Shown piece after piece: positions 43,551 to 43,569 of a stretch of DNA of 43,569 nt (positions are counted from its first letter, which is position 1; every line of letters begins with the position of its first letter). This DNA comes from an uncultured Candidatus Saccharibacteria bacterium (GTDB taxonomy: Bacteria > Patescibacteriota > Minisyncoccia > Phycocordibacterales > UBA9973): the NCBI GenBank assembly GCA_964500715.1, contig CAZCNC010000001.1, positions 1 through 43,569 on the forward strand, given 5' to 3'. The notes beneath the pieces are model-generated. The model did not search any database and was not told the DNA's origin. It was given only the letters and a program-made list of their open reading frames with translations. A program made the translations under genes and the position numbers.

Positions 43551-43569
43551 ATTATTTTTCTTGATTGTT

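Noticed and set aside
1-43569. Alternative genetic code (UGA or UAA reassignment, as in some CPR lineages).
   Set aside because: All conserved genes read through uninterrupted with the standard code. TAA and TAG terminate nearly every gene at the expected length, and TGA ends the purA-like gene. The single in-frame TAA in the SBP gene is better explained as a mutation.
1-43569. CRISPR arrays, transposases, integrases, prophage or rRNA genes.
   Set aside because: I saw no regularly spaced repeats. No ORF has transposase, integrase or phage hallmarks, and no rRNA-like sequence is present. The tRNA-adjacent regions lack recombinase genes.

Overview
This is an AT-rich (about 37-42% GC in spot counts of single 60-nt lines), very gene-dense 43.6-kb chromosomal segment that reads cleanly in the standard genetic code. 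The gene content points to a small-genome Patescibacteria/CPR-like (Parcubacteria-type) bacterium: a minimal IF-2, a Cys-less L33, VirB2/TrbC-like mini-pilins and almost no Shine-Dalgarno sites. That lineage call is an inference from content, not a database result.

Most of the window is housekeeping: topA (3' part), rel, parB, murB, an HTH-murA fusion, miaA, a purA-like gene, guaB, rpmG, alr, clpB, a cysteine desulfurase, infB, rbfA, gyrA, rpsA, pth, lepB, hisS, def, fmt, truB and hpf. It also holds 8 tRNA genes, one tRNA 5' fragment and many clean intrinsic terminators.

The best candidate for a poorly described system is 20455-25036. It lies at the distal end of a co-directional minus-strand array that begins upstream of gyrA. 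It contains five tandem paralogs of a two-helix VirB2/TrbC-like pilin hairpin. Two of them are fused to large Cys-bracketed FN3-like ectodomains. No secretion ATPase or channel gene is present in the window.

Directly upstream is a solute-binding protein gene split by a single in-frame TAA.

Other notable signals:
- a 24-bp perfect palindrome fills the murB/HTH-murA divergent intergenic region;
- a TGnTATAAT-N6-8-ATG (leaderless-type) architecture recurs at 14 genes;
- most tRNA genes are followed by an N-CA trailer rather than CCA;
- two sub-60-aa genes are missing from the ORF track (rpmG and an lmo0937-like gene).

I saw no CRISPR array, transposase, integrase or rRNA.
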